The notes under the pieces are model-generated. The model saw nothing but the letters and a program-made list of their open reading frames with translations. It had not been told where the DNA came from and searched no databases. The translations under genes were made by a program, and so were the position numbers. Shown here piece by piece: positions 8,363-17,813 of a stretch of DNA of 64,000 bases. The stretch comes from an uncultured Chloroflexota bacterium (GTDB lineage Bacteria; Chloroflexota; UBA11872), in assembly GCA_958296175.1 (NCBI GenBank), contig OY282448.1:1584012-1648011 (forward strand), given 5' to 3'. How positions within the stretch are numbered: position 1 is the stretch's first letter; each line of letters starts with the position of its first letter.

Positions 8363-9460
8363 ATGCACGTTGCCATTTCCTGGGACCCGAGCCTCTTCGA
8401 CTTCCGCCGCCAGCTGGGCAACCCCTATGGCGGGTTGTTGGTGGAAGCCATGCAGCGGTACGGCTTTACGTTCGAGCTTTTCCCCGGCCGCGTGCCTACC
8501 GACCCCAGCAACCTCAAATTCGGCCCGCTCTGGGTCTGGCGAAACCGCCGCCGCGTGCAGGTCCTGCATCTGCATTGGCTGGCCGGCGTGTCGGCCACGC
8601 CCACGGCCAGGGAGGCCTGGCTGCGATTTGCCGGGCTGGCGCTCACGCTTACGCTGGCGCGGCTGCTGGGGATGCGCGTGGTGTGGACGCTGCACAACAT
8701 GCTGCCCCACGAACGGCCTCACCGCGGCGTGGATGTGGCGGGGCGCTGGCTGATGGCTGCGGTGGCGAACGCCATCATCTGCCACTGCCGCTACGCCGCG
8801 CGGGTGTACGCCCGCCGCTTCAAGCGCCGCCGCGGTCTGCACGTCATCCCACACGGCACGTTCCAAGACGTATACCCCGCCGAACTCAGCCGCGCCGACG
8901 CGCGGCGCGAGCTGGGCATTCCCGACGACGCCTTTGTGTTCGTCTCGTTCGGCAACATCCGCGGCTACAAGGGCCACGACGACATGCTGGAGGCGTTTCG
9001 GAAGCTGCAGGGCGACGAGCTGCGGCTGGTGGTGGCCGGCAGGCGGCACCGCTGGTACGACGGCGCGGTTGGAACTGGCCCCATCGACGACCCGCGCGTG
9101 CTGGTGGCGGAAGGCAGGGTCCCCATCGACAAGCTGCAGCTCTACTTCAACGCGGGCGACGTGGCCGTCTTTCCCTACCGCGAGGCGCTCACCAGCGGGG
9201 CGCTGATAACGGCGCTTGGGTTTGGCCGGCCGGTGATTGCCACCCGCGTGGGCTGCATCCCGGAGCTGCTGGGCGGCTCCGATGCCGGCCAGATGGTTCC
9301 GCCCGGCGACGTGCCGGCCATGCGCGCCGCCATGCACGCGGCGCGAACCTGGGACATCGCCCAACGCTCGTCCGCAGCGCGCGCCATTGCCGACAGCCTG
9401 GGCTGGGACGCCATCGCCCGCCAGACGACGGCGGCCTACGGACGGCCGCACCAGGGCTAG
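8363..9460 (+). CDS. Glycosyltransferase family 4 (GT-B)
   Basis: HLHW, WTLHN, FGNIRGYKG and FPYREALTSGALITALGFGRPVI motifs. Confidence 0.9.
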   Translation: MHVAISWDPSLFDFRRQLGNPYGGLLVEAMQRYGFTFELFPGRVPTDPSNLKFGPLWVWRNRRRVQVLHLHWLAGVSATPTAREAWLRFAGLALTLTLARLLGMRVVWTLHNMLPHERPHRGVDVAGRWLMAAVANAIICHCRYAARVYARRFKRRRGLHVIPHGTFQDVYPAELSRADARRELGIPDDAFVFVSFGNIRGYKGHDDMLEAFRKLQGDELRLVVAGRRHRWYDGAVGTGPIDDPRVLVAEGRVPIDKLQLYFNAGDVAVFPYREALTSGALITALGFGRPVIATRVGCIPELLGGSDAGQMVPPGDVPAMRAAMHAARTWDIAQRSSAARAIADSLGWDAIARQTTAAYGRPHQG

Positions 9461-9683
9461 ACGTTCGGACGTCCGCCGTTTCACCCTGGAACTTCCCCGC
9501 GAGTTCAGCGAACGCGGCGCAGTGTCCAGACCAGGGGAGCGGCGGCGGAGAGCCAGGCCCCGCACCGGGGCGCCTTGGGCCGGCTGGATTCCGGCCCCGC
9601 CGCGAGTACGGAGTGGTCGTTACGCCGCAACGACGGCGTTCGTAAAGGCCTCGTTCGGGGAGAGGGAAACGAAGGCGCGGGGA

Positions 9684-10205
9684 TCAGCGTGTGCCCAGGC
9701 CGCCGCCGGCGTGTTCGCTGGTGATGGCGCGGCCAGTCAGGCTGAAGGACTGGCCGCAGCCGCACATGGAACGGGCGCGCGGGTTCAGAACCTTGAACCC
9801 GCCGTCCATCAGCGAGTCGCTGTAGTCCAGCCGCGAGCCGCGCAGCAGGTCGGCGCTCTCGGCGTCCACGATCACGGTCACGCCGTGCGCTTCGATGGTC
9901 ATATCGCCGTCGCGCGGGCCGGGTTCGATGCCCATGGCGTAGCGAAAGTCGCCGCAGCCGGACTCGGGCACCACGCGCACGCGCAGCACGGCGTCGGGCC
10001 GCCGGCGCCGGGCGCGCATGCGGTCGAACTCCCCGGCCGCCGAGGGCGAGACCTCCAGCATGGGCGCCTCGGCCTGCGGCAGCGCCGGGCCGCCAGCCTG
10101 CGGCAGCATCGCCCCCCCAGCCTGCGGCAGCGCCGGGCCGCCAGCTTGCGGCAGCGCAGGGGCCTCGGCTTGCGACAGGTTCGTTTGCACGCGCTGGTCC
10201 AGCAT
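9684..10205 (-). CDS. A-type Fe-S cluster carrier (IscA/SufA/HesB family) with N-terminal 8-aa repeats
   Basis: SGCGDFRY, LDYSDSLMDGGFKVLNP and CGCGQSF motifs. Start uncertain (10205 or 10265). Confidence 0.88.
   Translation of the reverse strand: MLDQRVQTNLSQAEAPALPQAGGPALPQAGGAMLPQAGGPALPQAEAPMLEVSPSAAGEFDRMRARRRRPDAVLRVRVVPESGCGDFRYAMGIEPGPRDGDMTIEAHGVTVIVDAESADLLRGSRLDYSDSLMDGGFKVLNPRARSMCGCGQSFSLTGRAITSEHAGGGLGTR
10072..10174 (-). repeat. About four 24-bp coding repeats (PALPQAGG-type)
   Basis: PALPQAGG PALPQAGG AMLPQAGG PALPQAEA in the carrier's N-terminus. Confidence 0.85.
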
Positions 10206-10267
10206 TGCCACGGTTTCGTTCCTCGGCTCGTGCGGCGCGGCGCAGACGCCGCTCCCATTGCCCAAGC

Positions 10268-11461
10268 CTACGCAAACGGGCGCGGGTTTGCCACACGCGG
10301 CGCTGCGGTTGGCGAACGCCGCAGGCGCGGGACCAGGTCGTGCAGCACGTCCAGCACGCGGCTCACCTGCGCCTCGGTGGTGCCGCGTCCCGTCGAGAGG
10401 CGCAGGCTGCCGGCCGCCAGGTCGGGGTCGAGTCCCATCGCCAGCAGCACGTGGGACGGTTCCAGGGACGCGGAGGTGCAGGCCGAGCCGCTGGAGGCCG
10501 CCACGCCCGCCGCGTCCAGCCCCAGCAGCAGCGCCTGGCTGTCCACCCCGCGCAGCGCCACGTTCACGTTGTTCGGCAGGCGGTCGTGCCGGGGGCCGTT
10601 CAGACGGCAGTCGGGGATGCCCGCCAGCCCCTCGATCAGCATGTCGCGCAGGCGGGCATTGTGCGCGGCGTCGCTGGGGCGGTTCGCCTCGCCGCGCGCC
10701 AGCGCCGCGCCCAGCCCAACCGCGTAGGCCACGTTTTCGGTGCCCGCGCGGCGGTTGCGTTCCTGCGAGCCGCCCATGATCTGCGGGCTCAGACGCGCGC
10801 CGCGCCGCACGTAAAGCGCGCCCACGCCTTTCGGCCCGTAGAACTTGTGCGCGGCGATGGACAGCAGGTCTACGCCCAGCGTGGGAACGTCGATGGGCAG
10901 TTGGCCGGGCGCTTGCACCGCGTCCGTGTGCACCAGCGCGTCGTGGCCGCGCAGCGCGGCTGCGATTGCGGCCACCGGCTGGATGGCGCCCATCTCGTTG
11001 TTGGCGTACATCACGCTCACCAGCGCCGTATCGCTGCGCACCGCGTCCAGCACGGCCTGCGCGGCGGCGCGGCCCTCGGCGTCCACGTCCACCACCGTGG
11101 CTTCGAACCCGTGGCGCAGTTCCAGCTGCCGCACGGTGTGCAAGACCGCGTGATGCTCGACCGCCGTGGTAACCAGATGGCGGCGGCCGTGCGGCGCCGC
11201 GGCGAACGCGGCCCCGCGGACGGCCAGGGCTGCGCCCTCGCTGCCGCCGCTGGTGAACACGATCTCGGCGGGATCGGCCGCCAGCGCGGCGGCGGTCTGG
11301 GCGCGGGCGGCGTCCAACGCCGCCCGCGCGGCGCGGCCTTCGGCGTAGAGCGAGCTGGGGTTGCCGGGCAGCTCGCCGAGCGCGCGGCCAATGGCCGCGC
11401 GCACGGCCGGATCCACCGGCGTGGTGGCGGCGTGGTCCAGATAGATGCGCGGGGACGTCAT
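10268..11461 (-). CDS. iscS: Cysteine desulfurase (IscS/NifS type I)
   Basis: IYLDHAATTP, FTSGGSE, HTDAVQA, AHKFYGPKG (PLP Lys) and SSGSACTS motifs. Start set at 11461. Confidence 0.93.
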   Translation of the reverse strand: MTSPRIYLDHAATTPVDPAVRAAIGRALGELPGNPSSLYAEGRAARAALDAARAQTAAALAADPAEIVFTSGGSEGAALAVRGAAFAAAPHGRRHLVTTAVEHHAVLHTVRQLELRHGFEATVVDVDAEGRAAAQAVLDAVRSDTALVSVMYANNEMGAIQPVAAIAAALRGHDALVHTDAVQAPGQLPIDVPTLGVDLLSIAAHKFYGPKGVGALYVRRGARLSPQIMGGSQERNRRAGTENVAYAVGLGAALARGEANRPSDAAHNARLRDMLIEGLAGIPDCRLNGPRHDRLPNNVNVALRGVDSQALLLGLDAAGVAASSGSACTSASLEPSHVLLAMGLDPDLAAGSLRLSTGRGTTEAQVSRVLDVLHDLVPRLRRSPTAAPRVANPRPFA

Positions 11462-11490
11462 CGCGCTCGGCACACGCCCATCGCGCCGGG

Positions 11491-12144
11491 CTACGTCGTG
11501 TGCGGCGCCGCCTGCGGCAGGGACGTGGCGGACGGGCCGATGACGTAGCGGCAGCCGCGGCCGCCGTGCGGGGCCACTTCCACCTGCGTCACGTCGGCCT
11601 CGGTCAGCCGGCGGATCAGGCGCAGCTCGGACTGGCAGCCGCTGCGGCAGGTGGCGGCCACCTCCGAGATCGGACAATTGCAGGCCACCAGCGTGTAACG
11701 GTCGCCGTTGGCCTCGATGCGCGGCATGTAGCCGCCATCGTCCAGAATCTGGCGCAGCACCTCGATGCGTTCTGCCAGGCGCAGGCCGGCCATGCGCGGC
11801 GCGTGCTGCGCGTACAGCTCGTTTTCCTGCCGCGCAAACAGGCGGCGCAGCAGCTCTGGCCCCGCCAGCTCCAGCACGCCTTCCACCAGCGAGCGCGCAA
11901 ACTCGCCGTAGCGGCGCGGGAACTGCGCATGTCCCTCGGCGGTGAGGTGGTAGCGCAGCCGCGGACGCCCCGGCCCCTGGCGCACCGACTCCACGCGCAC
12001 CAGCCGCTCGGCCGCCAGGCAGCCCAGATGCGGCCGTACGGCGGATTCGCCCGTGCCCACGGCAACGGAAATTTCACGAACCTGGAGCGCGCCGCGCACT
12101 TTTAGCGCGTGCAGTATCTGCGCGCGGGTCGTGGATGGGTGCAT
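11491..12144 (-). CDS. SufR-like HTH transcriptional regulator of Fe-S biogenesis
   Basis: N-terminal HTH, GRP...YHLTAEG..FPRRY, and C-terminal CNCP...C...C..E Fe-S ligand pattern, directly upstream of iscS. Confidence 0.82.
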   Translation of the reverse strand: MHPSTTRAQILHALKVRGALQVREISVAVGTGESAVRPHLGCLAAERLVRVESVRQGPGRPRLRYHLTAEGHAQFPRRYGEFARSLVEGVLELAGPELLRRLFARQENELYAQHAPRMAGLRLAERIEVLRQILDDGGYMPRIEANGDRYTLVACNCPISEVAATCRSGCQSELRLIRRLTEADVTQVEVAPHGGRGCRYVIGPSATSLPQAAPHTT

Positions 12145-12514
12145 GGCCGTAACGCCGAAGGCCGGGATGCTGCTACTAGAAGTTAGCACCGCGAACCAGC
12201 CGCGCGAAAAGGATTTCGCCTGCGAATAGCGAAATGCGGGGCCGAGCCCGAAGCCAGCAGCCTTGCCCTGCAAGCGCTCGGTGGCAGCTCACCTTTACAT
12301 AATCCCGCAATCCTCACCCCATATCGCGTACCCCGCATCACGTACGAAGCAGGCAGAGGCAGGTCGTTCGCGGGAATCCATCGTTCGCGGTGAGTCGGGT
12401 TCAGCGGCCTCGCGCGGCGGCCGCGCCCCGCACGAACGGCGAGTTATGCCAAGACCTTCGCAGGGGCGAGGGAAAACAAGAGCGGAGCAGCGCGCGCCAG
12501 GCCTGGTGCGCGGG

Positions 12515-13264
12515 TCAGGGGGGCGGGGGCGTGTCGATGGGAGGGTATTGGTGCATGAGCGCGCGTTCGTCGTTCGAGAGGCCGCGCTGGACCAACAGGT
12601 CGGGGCGCAGGTGCTGGGTGCGGTGCAGCCCCTGGGCGCGGCGCCATTGGGCCACGCGCTGGTGGTGGCCGCTCAGCAGCACCGCAGGCGCCCGCAGGCC
12701 GCGAAACTCTTCGGGCCGTGTGAACTGGGGATGCGACAGCCGCCCGGCGGCGTGCGACTCACCCTGCAGCGAGGCGGCGGCGCCCACCACGCCGGGCGCC
12801 AGCCTGGCCGCGGCGTCTATCACCACCATGGCCGCCGCCTCGCCGCCGCTCAGCACGTAATCGCCCACGCTGATCTCTTCGTCCACCACCAGCGGGCGCA
12901 CGCGGTCGTCCACGCCTTCGTAGCGTCCGCAAATCAGAATCAGCTGGCCGCGCCGCGCCAGCGCCTGGACGCGCGGCTGCGTGAGCGGCGGCGCCTGCGG
13001 CGTCAGCAGCCCCACCCAGCCGTCGGCCTGGCGCAGCTCCTCCACCGCCGCCACGATCGGCTCGACTCGCAGCACCATGCCCGGCCCGCCGCCGTAGGCG
13101 TAGTCGTCGGTGCGCCGCTGCGGCTCGGCCGCCCAGGCGCGCAGGTCGTGCACGCGCACCTCCACGATGCCGGCCGCGCGCGCCTTGCCCAGCAGGCTGG
13201 CGTCCAGAAATCCGTCGAACGCCCGCGGAAAGGTGGTCAGCACGTCCACCCGCAGCGACGCCAT
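12515..13264 (-). CDS. trmD: tRNA (guanine37-N1)-methyltransferase
   Basis: DDYAYGGGPGMVL, CGRYEGVDDR and SVGDYVLSGGE motifs. Confidence 0.97.
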   Translation of the reverse strand: MASLRVDVLTTFPRAFDGFLDASLLGKARAAGIVEVRVHDLRAWAAEPQRRTDDYAYGGGPGMVLRVEPIVAAVEELRQADGWVGLLTPQAPPLTQPRVQALARRGQLILICGRYEGVDDRVRPLVVDEEISVGDYVLSGGEAAAMVVIDAAARLAPGVVGAAASLQGESHAAGRLSHPQFTRPEEFRGLRAPAVLLSGHHQRVAQWRRAQGLHRTQHLRPDLLVQRGLSNDERALMHQYPPIDTPPPP

Positions 13265-13767
13265 CAGCGCATGCCCGGCAGCAGGTCCACCGTCATCACG
13301 CGCCGCTCGGCGTCGAACGCCTGGACGACGTCCGCAATGGCCGGAATCAGAAGCTCGCCGCCAGCGCCGCGCACCACGTACACGTCGTTGCTGCCGGTTA
13401 CGAGCACCTCGCGCACGGTTCCCAGCGCTTCGCCGTCCACCGCTGCCACGCGCACGCCCACCAGCTCGGCGGCGTAATAGCGGCCCTCCGCCAGCGGGGC
13501 GGCCTGGTTCAGCGGCACGCGCACGTGCGCGCCGCGCAGCGCAGCTGCGGCGTCGCGCGTATCCACGCCGCGCAGCTTCAGCCGCGGGCGGCGCCCGCCG
13601 CGGAAGGCTTCCACCTGCATGGGCGTGCGGTCGCGGCCCACCAGCACGCGGCGGCCGGGCGCCAGGTTCTGCAGCACGTCTGTCTCCAGCCGGACATTGA
13701 CCTCGCCGCGCAGCCCCGACGCTCCCAGAACGGCGGCCAGCAGGATCGGCGGGGCGGCCTGGGTCAG
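13264..13767 (-). CDS. rimM: Ribosome maturation factor RimM
   Basis: GLRGEV, YYAAELVG, TGSNDVYVV and LLIPA motifs in canonical position. Probable CTG start overlapping the khpA stop. Confidence 0.9.
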   Translation of the reverse strand: MTQAAPPILLAAVLGASGLRGEVNVRLETDVLQNLAPGRRVLVGRDRTPMQVEAFRGGRRPRLKLRGVDTRDAAAALRGAHVRVPLNQAAPLAEGRYYAAELVGVRVAAVDGEALGTVREVLVTGSNDVYVVRGAGGELLIPAIADVVQAFDAERRVMTVDLLPGMR

Positions 13768-14000
13768 ACGCTCTCCTGAATGTCCAGCGCCAGGCGGCGG
13801 CGCGAGCCGATGGGCGCCGCGTGCATCACGGCGCGGATCGCCTTGGCCACGCGGCCCTGGCGGCCGATCACGCGGCCCATGTCCACCGGGTCCACGTGCA
13901 GCTTGTAGATGCTGAGGTTGTGGCGCCGCACGCGCCGCACGTACACCGCCTCCGGCTCGGTGACCAGGTTGCGGGCGATGAACTCGACCAGCTCGTCCAT
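13764..14000 (-). CDS. khpA: KH domain RNA-binding protein KhpA
   Basis: DMGRVIGRQGRVAKAIR, located between rpsP and rimM. Confidence 0.93.
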   Translation of the reverse strand: MDELVEFIARNLVTEPEAVYVRRVRRHNLSIYKLHVDPVDMGRVIGRQGRVAKAIRAVMHAAPIGSRRRLALDIQESV

Positions 14001-14009
14001 GGCCGTGCG

Positions 14010-14279
14010 TTAGGCGCCGGCGCCGGACGCGGCCGCCGGGCCGGCCGCCCTGGCGATGTCCAGCAGCTTGCGCACCCGCTCGGTTGGCTGTGCGCCTTTG
14101 CGAATCCAGGCCTCGGTCTCGGCCACGTCCAGCCGGATGGTGGACGGGTCGGTTTTCGGGTCGTAATACCCCAGCTCGGCAACGCGCCGGCCGTCGCGCG
14201 CCCAGCGCGCCTCGGCCACAACCACCCGGTAGCTGGGGCTCTTCTTGCGACCGGTGCGCGTCAAACGAATTTTCAGCAC
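14010..14279 (-). CDS. rpsP: 30S ribosomal protein S16
   Basis: (V)LKIRLTRTGRKKSPSYRVVVAE..RDGR..ELGYYDP...KGAQPTERV. GTG start at 14279. Confidence 0.97.
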   Translation of the reverse strand: MLKIRLTRTGRKKSPSYRVVVAEARWARDGRRVAELGYYDPKTDPSTIRLDVAETEAWIRKGAQPTERVRKLLDIARAAGPAAASGAGA

Positions 14280-14418
14280 GGCGGAGTCTCCAACGAATGC
14301 GGCGGATTGTCGGCGGGCGCCCGCCCAGCATCCGGGCGCGGCTGCGCTCCCATGATACCGACGGCCGCGGCGCTTGTCACCGGCTAGACTTCCGCACCCG
14401 TCGCGGCGCCTGGTGGCC

Positions 14419-15477
14419 ATGACCGTTCGCGTTGGAGTCGTTGGCGTGGGGGCCTACGCCCGGCGCGCGCATCTGCCGCCGCTGCTCCAGCATCCGCACG
14501 CCGAGGTCGCGGCGCTGTGCCGGCGCAATCCGGCCCGGCTGGCCGAAGCCGCCGCGGCCGTAGGCGCGCCCCGCACCTACGCCAGCTGGCAGGACATGCT
14601 GCGCGGCGAACCGCTGGACGCGGTGGTGGTGTCCACGCCGCACGACCTGCACTACGAGGTGGCGCGCGCCGCCCTGGCGCGGGGGCTGCACGTGCTGGTG
14701 GACAAGCCCATGACCCTGCGGGCGGCCCACGCGCGCGACCTGGTCGCGCTGGCCCAGCGGCAGCGCCTGACGCTGATGACGGCCTTCAACCGGCACTACG
14801 AGCCGCCCTTCACCAAAGCGCGCGAGTTGCTGGACGACGCAGCGGTGGGCGAGCTGCGCCTGATCGACGCCTACGCGGCCTACGACTGGGACCTGTGGCT
14901 CGACCCCGCCGACACGCGCTTCAGCGGCGCCGCGGCGCACATGCTGCACGGGGTGTCGAACGAGCAGGCGGCGCTGTTGCATGAAACCAGCTTTCGCGCC
15001 GCGGCCGCCGCCAACGGCGGCGGATTCTTTGCCGACGTGGGCGCGCACGTGCTGGACGCCTGCCTCTGGTTGGCGCGCTCGCCGGCGGCCACGGTCTTCG
15101 CGCAGATGGACTCGCCCCAGACCGACCTCTACGCGGCGCTGAGCCTGCGGCTGGCGTCGGGGGTGTTGTGCAGCCTGGCCTGCATTGGCGACACGCCCGT
15201 GCCGCGGGACTTCGGGTTCCACCTCTACGGCGCCACCGGCGCCATCCACATGCGCTGGGGCGAGCTGCGGCTGGAGCGCGAGCTGCGCGACCCCGTCACG
15301 TTCGACAACGCCGCCATGCCCGCGGCCGGCAGCGCCGCGGGCAACTTCATCGACGTGATTCTGGGCCGCGCCGCGCCGCGCGCCACCGCGCACGACGGCC
15401 TGCGCCAGGTGGAAGCCATGGAAGCGGCCTACCAATCCGCACACGAAGGCGCCCCCGTCTCGATCCCTCCCGCCTGA
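14419..15477 (+). CDS. Gfo/Idh/MocA family oxidoreductase
   Basis: VGVVGVG, STPHDLH, HVLVDKP and GGFFADVGAH motifs. Confidence 0.9.
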   Translation: MTVRVGVVGVGAYARRAHLPPLLQHPHAEVAALCRRNPARLAEAAAAVGAPRTYASWQDMLRGEPLDAVVVSTPHDLHYEVARAALARGLHVLVDKPMTLRAAHARDLVALAQRQRLTLMTAFNRHYEPPFTKARELLDDAAVGELRLIDAYAAYDWDLWLDPADTRFSGAAAHMLHGVSNEQAALLHETSFRAAAAANGGGFFADVGAHVLDACLWLARSPAATVFAQMDSPQTDLYAALSLRLASGVLCSLACIGDTPVPRDFGFHLYGATGAIHMRWGELRLERELRDPVTFDNAAMPAAGSAAGNFIDVILGRAAPRATAHDGLRQVEAMEAAYQSAHEGAPVSIPPA

Positions 15478-15478
15478 C

Positions 15479-15635
15479 CCCCAGCCTGCCCCCGGTCCTG
15501 CCCCAGCCTGCCCCCGGCCCTGCCCCAGCCTGCCCCCCACGGCATCGCCAAAATCTTCCCCCATCCGCACCCGCCCGCCCGCCCCTGCTTTTCCCCTCTC
15601 CCGCAAGCGGGAGAGGGTTAGGGTGAGGGTCTTCG
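15479..15635. repeat. 22-bp C-rich tandem repeat plus one CCCTCTCCC/GGGAGAGGG element
   Basis: CCCCAGCCTGCCCCCGGYCCTG x~2.7 (15479-15538) and CCCTCTCCCGCAAGCGGGAGAGGGTTAGGGTGAGGG (~15594-15629). Confidence 0.8.
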
Positions 15636-15774
15636 CTTCCGCCCGCCCGTCCCTCGCCCACCAGCAAGCGCCCCAGCCCTAGGACCTGTAAGGAATACAA
15701 CAGGACGCTCCCCCACCCCGCCTATACTCCGAAGTCCCCCGCCCCCACCCCGCCGTTTGGCGCATCCGAGGACC

Positions 15775-17754
15775 ATGCCCATCAGCCGCCGCACGGCGCT
15801 GCGTGCCGCGGGCGGCGGCGTGGCGGGACTCGGCGCGGCCGCGGCGGCCGGCGCCGCCGCCTTCGCCGTGGTGGGCCAGACGCACTACGCCGAACGCTTT
15901 TATCCAGGCGTGCGCATCGACGGCGAAGACGTAGGCGGGCTGCCGCGGGCGGCGGCGTTGGCGCGTCTGCGGGCGCGCTGGGACCCATTCGCACGTTCCC
16001 CGATAGTCTTCCGCCTGGACGGCCGCGCCTGGACGCCGACAGGCGCCGACGTCGGCGTCAGCGTCGACTACGCGGCGCCGCTGGCGCTGGCCTATGCCTG
16101 GGGCCGCCGCGGCGGCTGGGGCCAGCGGCTGCGCGAACAGCGCCAGACCCTGGACGCGCCGCGGAATTGGGACACGCAGGTGACCTTCGACCCCCACCGC
16201 TTCACCGACTACCTCGACCGCATCGCCGCCGAGGTGGCGGAAGCGCCGGTGGACGCGCGGCTCTCGATCCGCGACCAGGGCGGCCGGCGGCGCGCCGACG
16301 TCCACCCCGCCAGCGCCGGGCGCGAGCTGGCCCCGCTGGACCTCCTGTCCGTGATGAGCCGCCGCTTCGACGCGCCGCAGCGTCTGGCGATCGAGCTGCA
16401 CACCCGCCAGCTGCCGCCGCGCATCCCAACCGCCGCCGTGGCGCCGGCCGCCGCGCGCCTGGACGAGCTGACGACGGGGCACATCGAGATTCGGGCGCCG
16501 GGCCATCGCTGGGCTATCGCGCGCGAGGCTCTGGCCGAGGACATGCGCATCGAAGGCCCGCCCGACGCGCCGCGCGTGCACGCGGCGGCCAGCTACCGCG
16601 CCTTCGACCGCGTGGCGCGCGAGATTGCCGACACCCTGCACGTGGCGGCCGTCGAACCCCGCATCCGCGTGGACGACGACGGCGCCATCGTGCCGCTGGA
16701 AGAGGGCGCGCCAGGCCGCCAGCTCGACACCGAGACGCTCTGGGCGCGCGTGCAGGCGGCCTTCGCCAGCGGCGCCGCCCGCGTCACCGCGCCCCTCGTG
16801 GTGCAGACCCCCGTAATCACGCGGCGCAGCCACGACGAGTTGCAGTTCCACAACCTGATCGCCGAAGGCCGCTCGCTCTTCACCGGGTCGGCGCAGAACC
16901 GCATCCACAACATCGACCACGGCTCCAAGCAGCTCGACGGCGTGGTGATCCCCCCCGGCGAGGTCTTGTCGTTCAACCAGACCGTGGGGCCAATCACGCT
17001 CGCCAACGGGTTCGTGGAAGGTCTGGTCATCGCGCCGCACCGCACCGAGCCGGGCGTGGGCGGCGGCATCTGCCAGGTGTCCACCACACTGTTCCGCGCC
17101 GCCTTCTGGGCCGGCCTGCCCATCGACGAACGCTGGCAGCACGTCTACCGCGTGGGCTATTACGAGCTGGGCCCCAACAACCCGCCCGGGTTCGACGCCG
17201 CCATCTGGCAGCCGAGCCAGGACCTGGTGTTCAGGAACGACACGCCCAACCACATCCTGATCCGGCGCCGCTTCGACCCCGGGCGCGCGTCGCTTGGCTT
17301 CCAGCTGATGGGCCCGCCCCTGGGGCGCCTGGTGGAGCTGGACGCCTGGCGCGGCGAGGAAATCGAGCCGCCGGCGCTGTCGATCGAACCCACCACCGAG
17401 CTGCCCCCCGGCCAGGTCGAACGCACCGACAGCGCCGTCCCCGGCGTGCAGACCGTGATCCATCGGCAGGTGCGGCTGGGCAACCGCGTGCTGTTCAAGG
17501 ACCAGTTCCCATCCAGGTTCGTCCCCTGGCCGGAACGCTGGGAAGTCGGGCAAGCCGAGGATGGCAGCTTCGACCCGTCGCTGGTGCCGGGCTACGTCCC
17601 GCCGGAAGGCGACCCGCCAGCCGAAGGCGATCTGCCAGCCGAAGGCGATCCGCCAGCCCAGAACACACCGCCGGCGGAAGGCGATCCGCCAGCCCAGGAG
17701 ACGCCGCCGGCGGAAGGCGCGCCGCCAGCCCAGCAAGGCGCCGCGCCGGCGTAA
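15775..17754 (+). CDS. VanW family protein with PG-binding-4-like regions, Tat-like N-terminus and Pro-rich repeat tail
   Basis: SRRTALR twin-arginine-like motif plus hydrophobic helix. NRIHNI, FNQTVGP, GGGICQVSTTLFRAA, GFDAAI and DLVFRNDT are VanW motifs. C-terminal PPAEGD repeats. Confidence 0.88.
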   Translation: MPISRRTALRAAGGGVAGLGAAAAAGAAAFAVVGQTHYAERFYPGVRIDGEDVGGLPRAAALARLRARWDPFARSPIVFRLDGRAWTPTGADVGVSVDYAAPLALAYAWGRRGGWGQRLREQRQTLDAPRNWDTQVTFDPHRFTDYLDRIAAEVAEAPVDARLSIRDQGGRRRADVHPASAGRELAPLDLLSVMSRRFDAPQRLAIELHTRQLPPRIPTAAVAPAAARLDELTTGHIEIRAPGHRWAIAREALAEDMRIEGPPDAPRVHAAASYRAFDRVAREIADTLHVAAVEPRIRVDDDGAIVPLEEGAPGRQLDTETLWARVQAAFASGAARVTAPLVVQTPVITRRSHDELQFHNLIAEGRSLFTGSAQNRIHNIDHGSKQLDGVVIPPGEVLSFNQTVGPITLANGFVEGLVIAPHRTEPGVGGGICQVSTTLFRAAFWAGLPIDERWQHVYRVGYYELGPNNPPGFDAAIWQPSQDLVFRNDTPNHILIRRRFDPGRASLGFQLMGPPLGRLVELDAWRGEEIEPPALSIEPTTELPPGQVERTDSAVPGVQTVIHRQVRLGNRVLFKDQFPSRFVPWPERWEVGQAEDGSFDPSLVPGYVPPEGDPPAEGDLPAEGDPPAQNTPPAEGDPPAQETPPAEGAPPAQQGAAPA

Positions 17755-17813
17755 GCGCGCGGCGCCAGCGCATCGGGTACCGTGGCGCCGCCCCAGACCG
17801 CGGAACCGTTGCC

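Noticed and set aside
15775-17754. Vancomycin resistance locus
   Set aside because: VanW-domain proteins are widespread, and no vanHAX or vanRS genes are present.
16167-17813. Long N-terminal extension of the LanC-like ORF (954 aa), which could suggest a fused lanthipeptide synthetase
   Set aside because: The extension is an Arg/Pro-rich alternative frame of the VanW gene with no kinase or dehydratase motifs.
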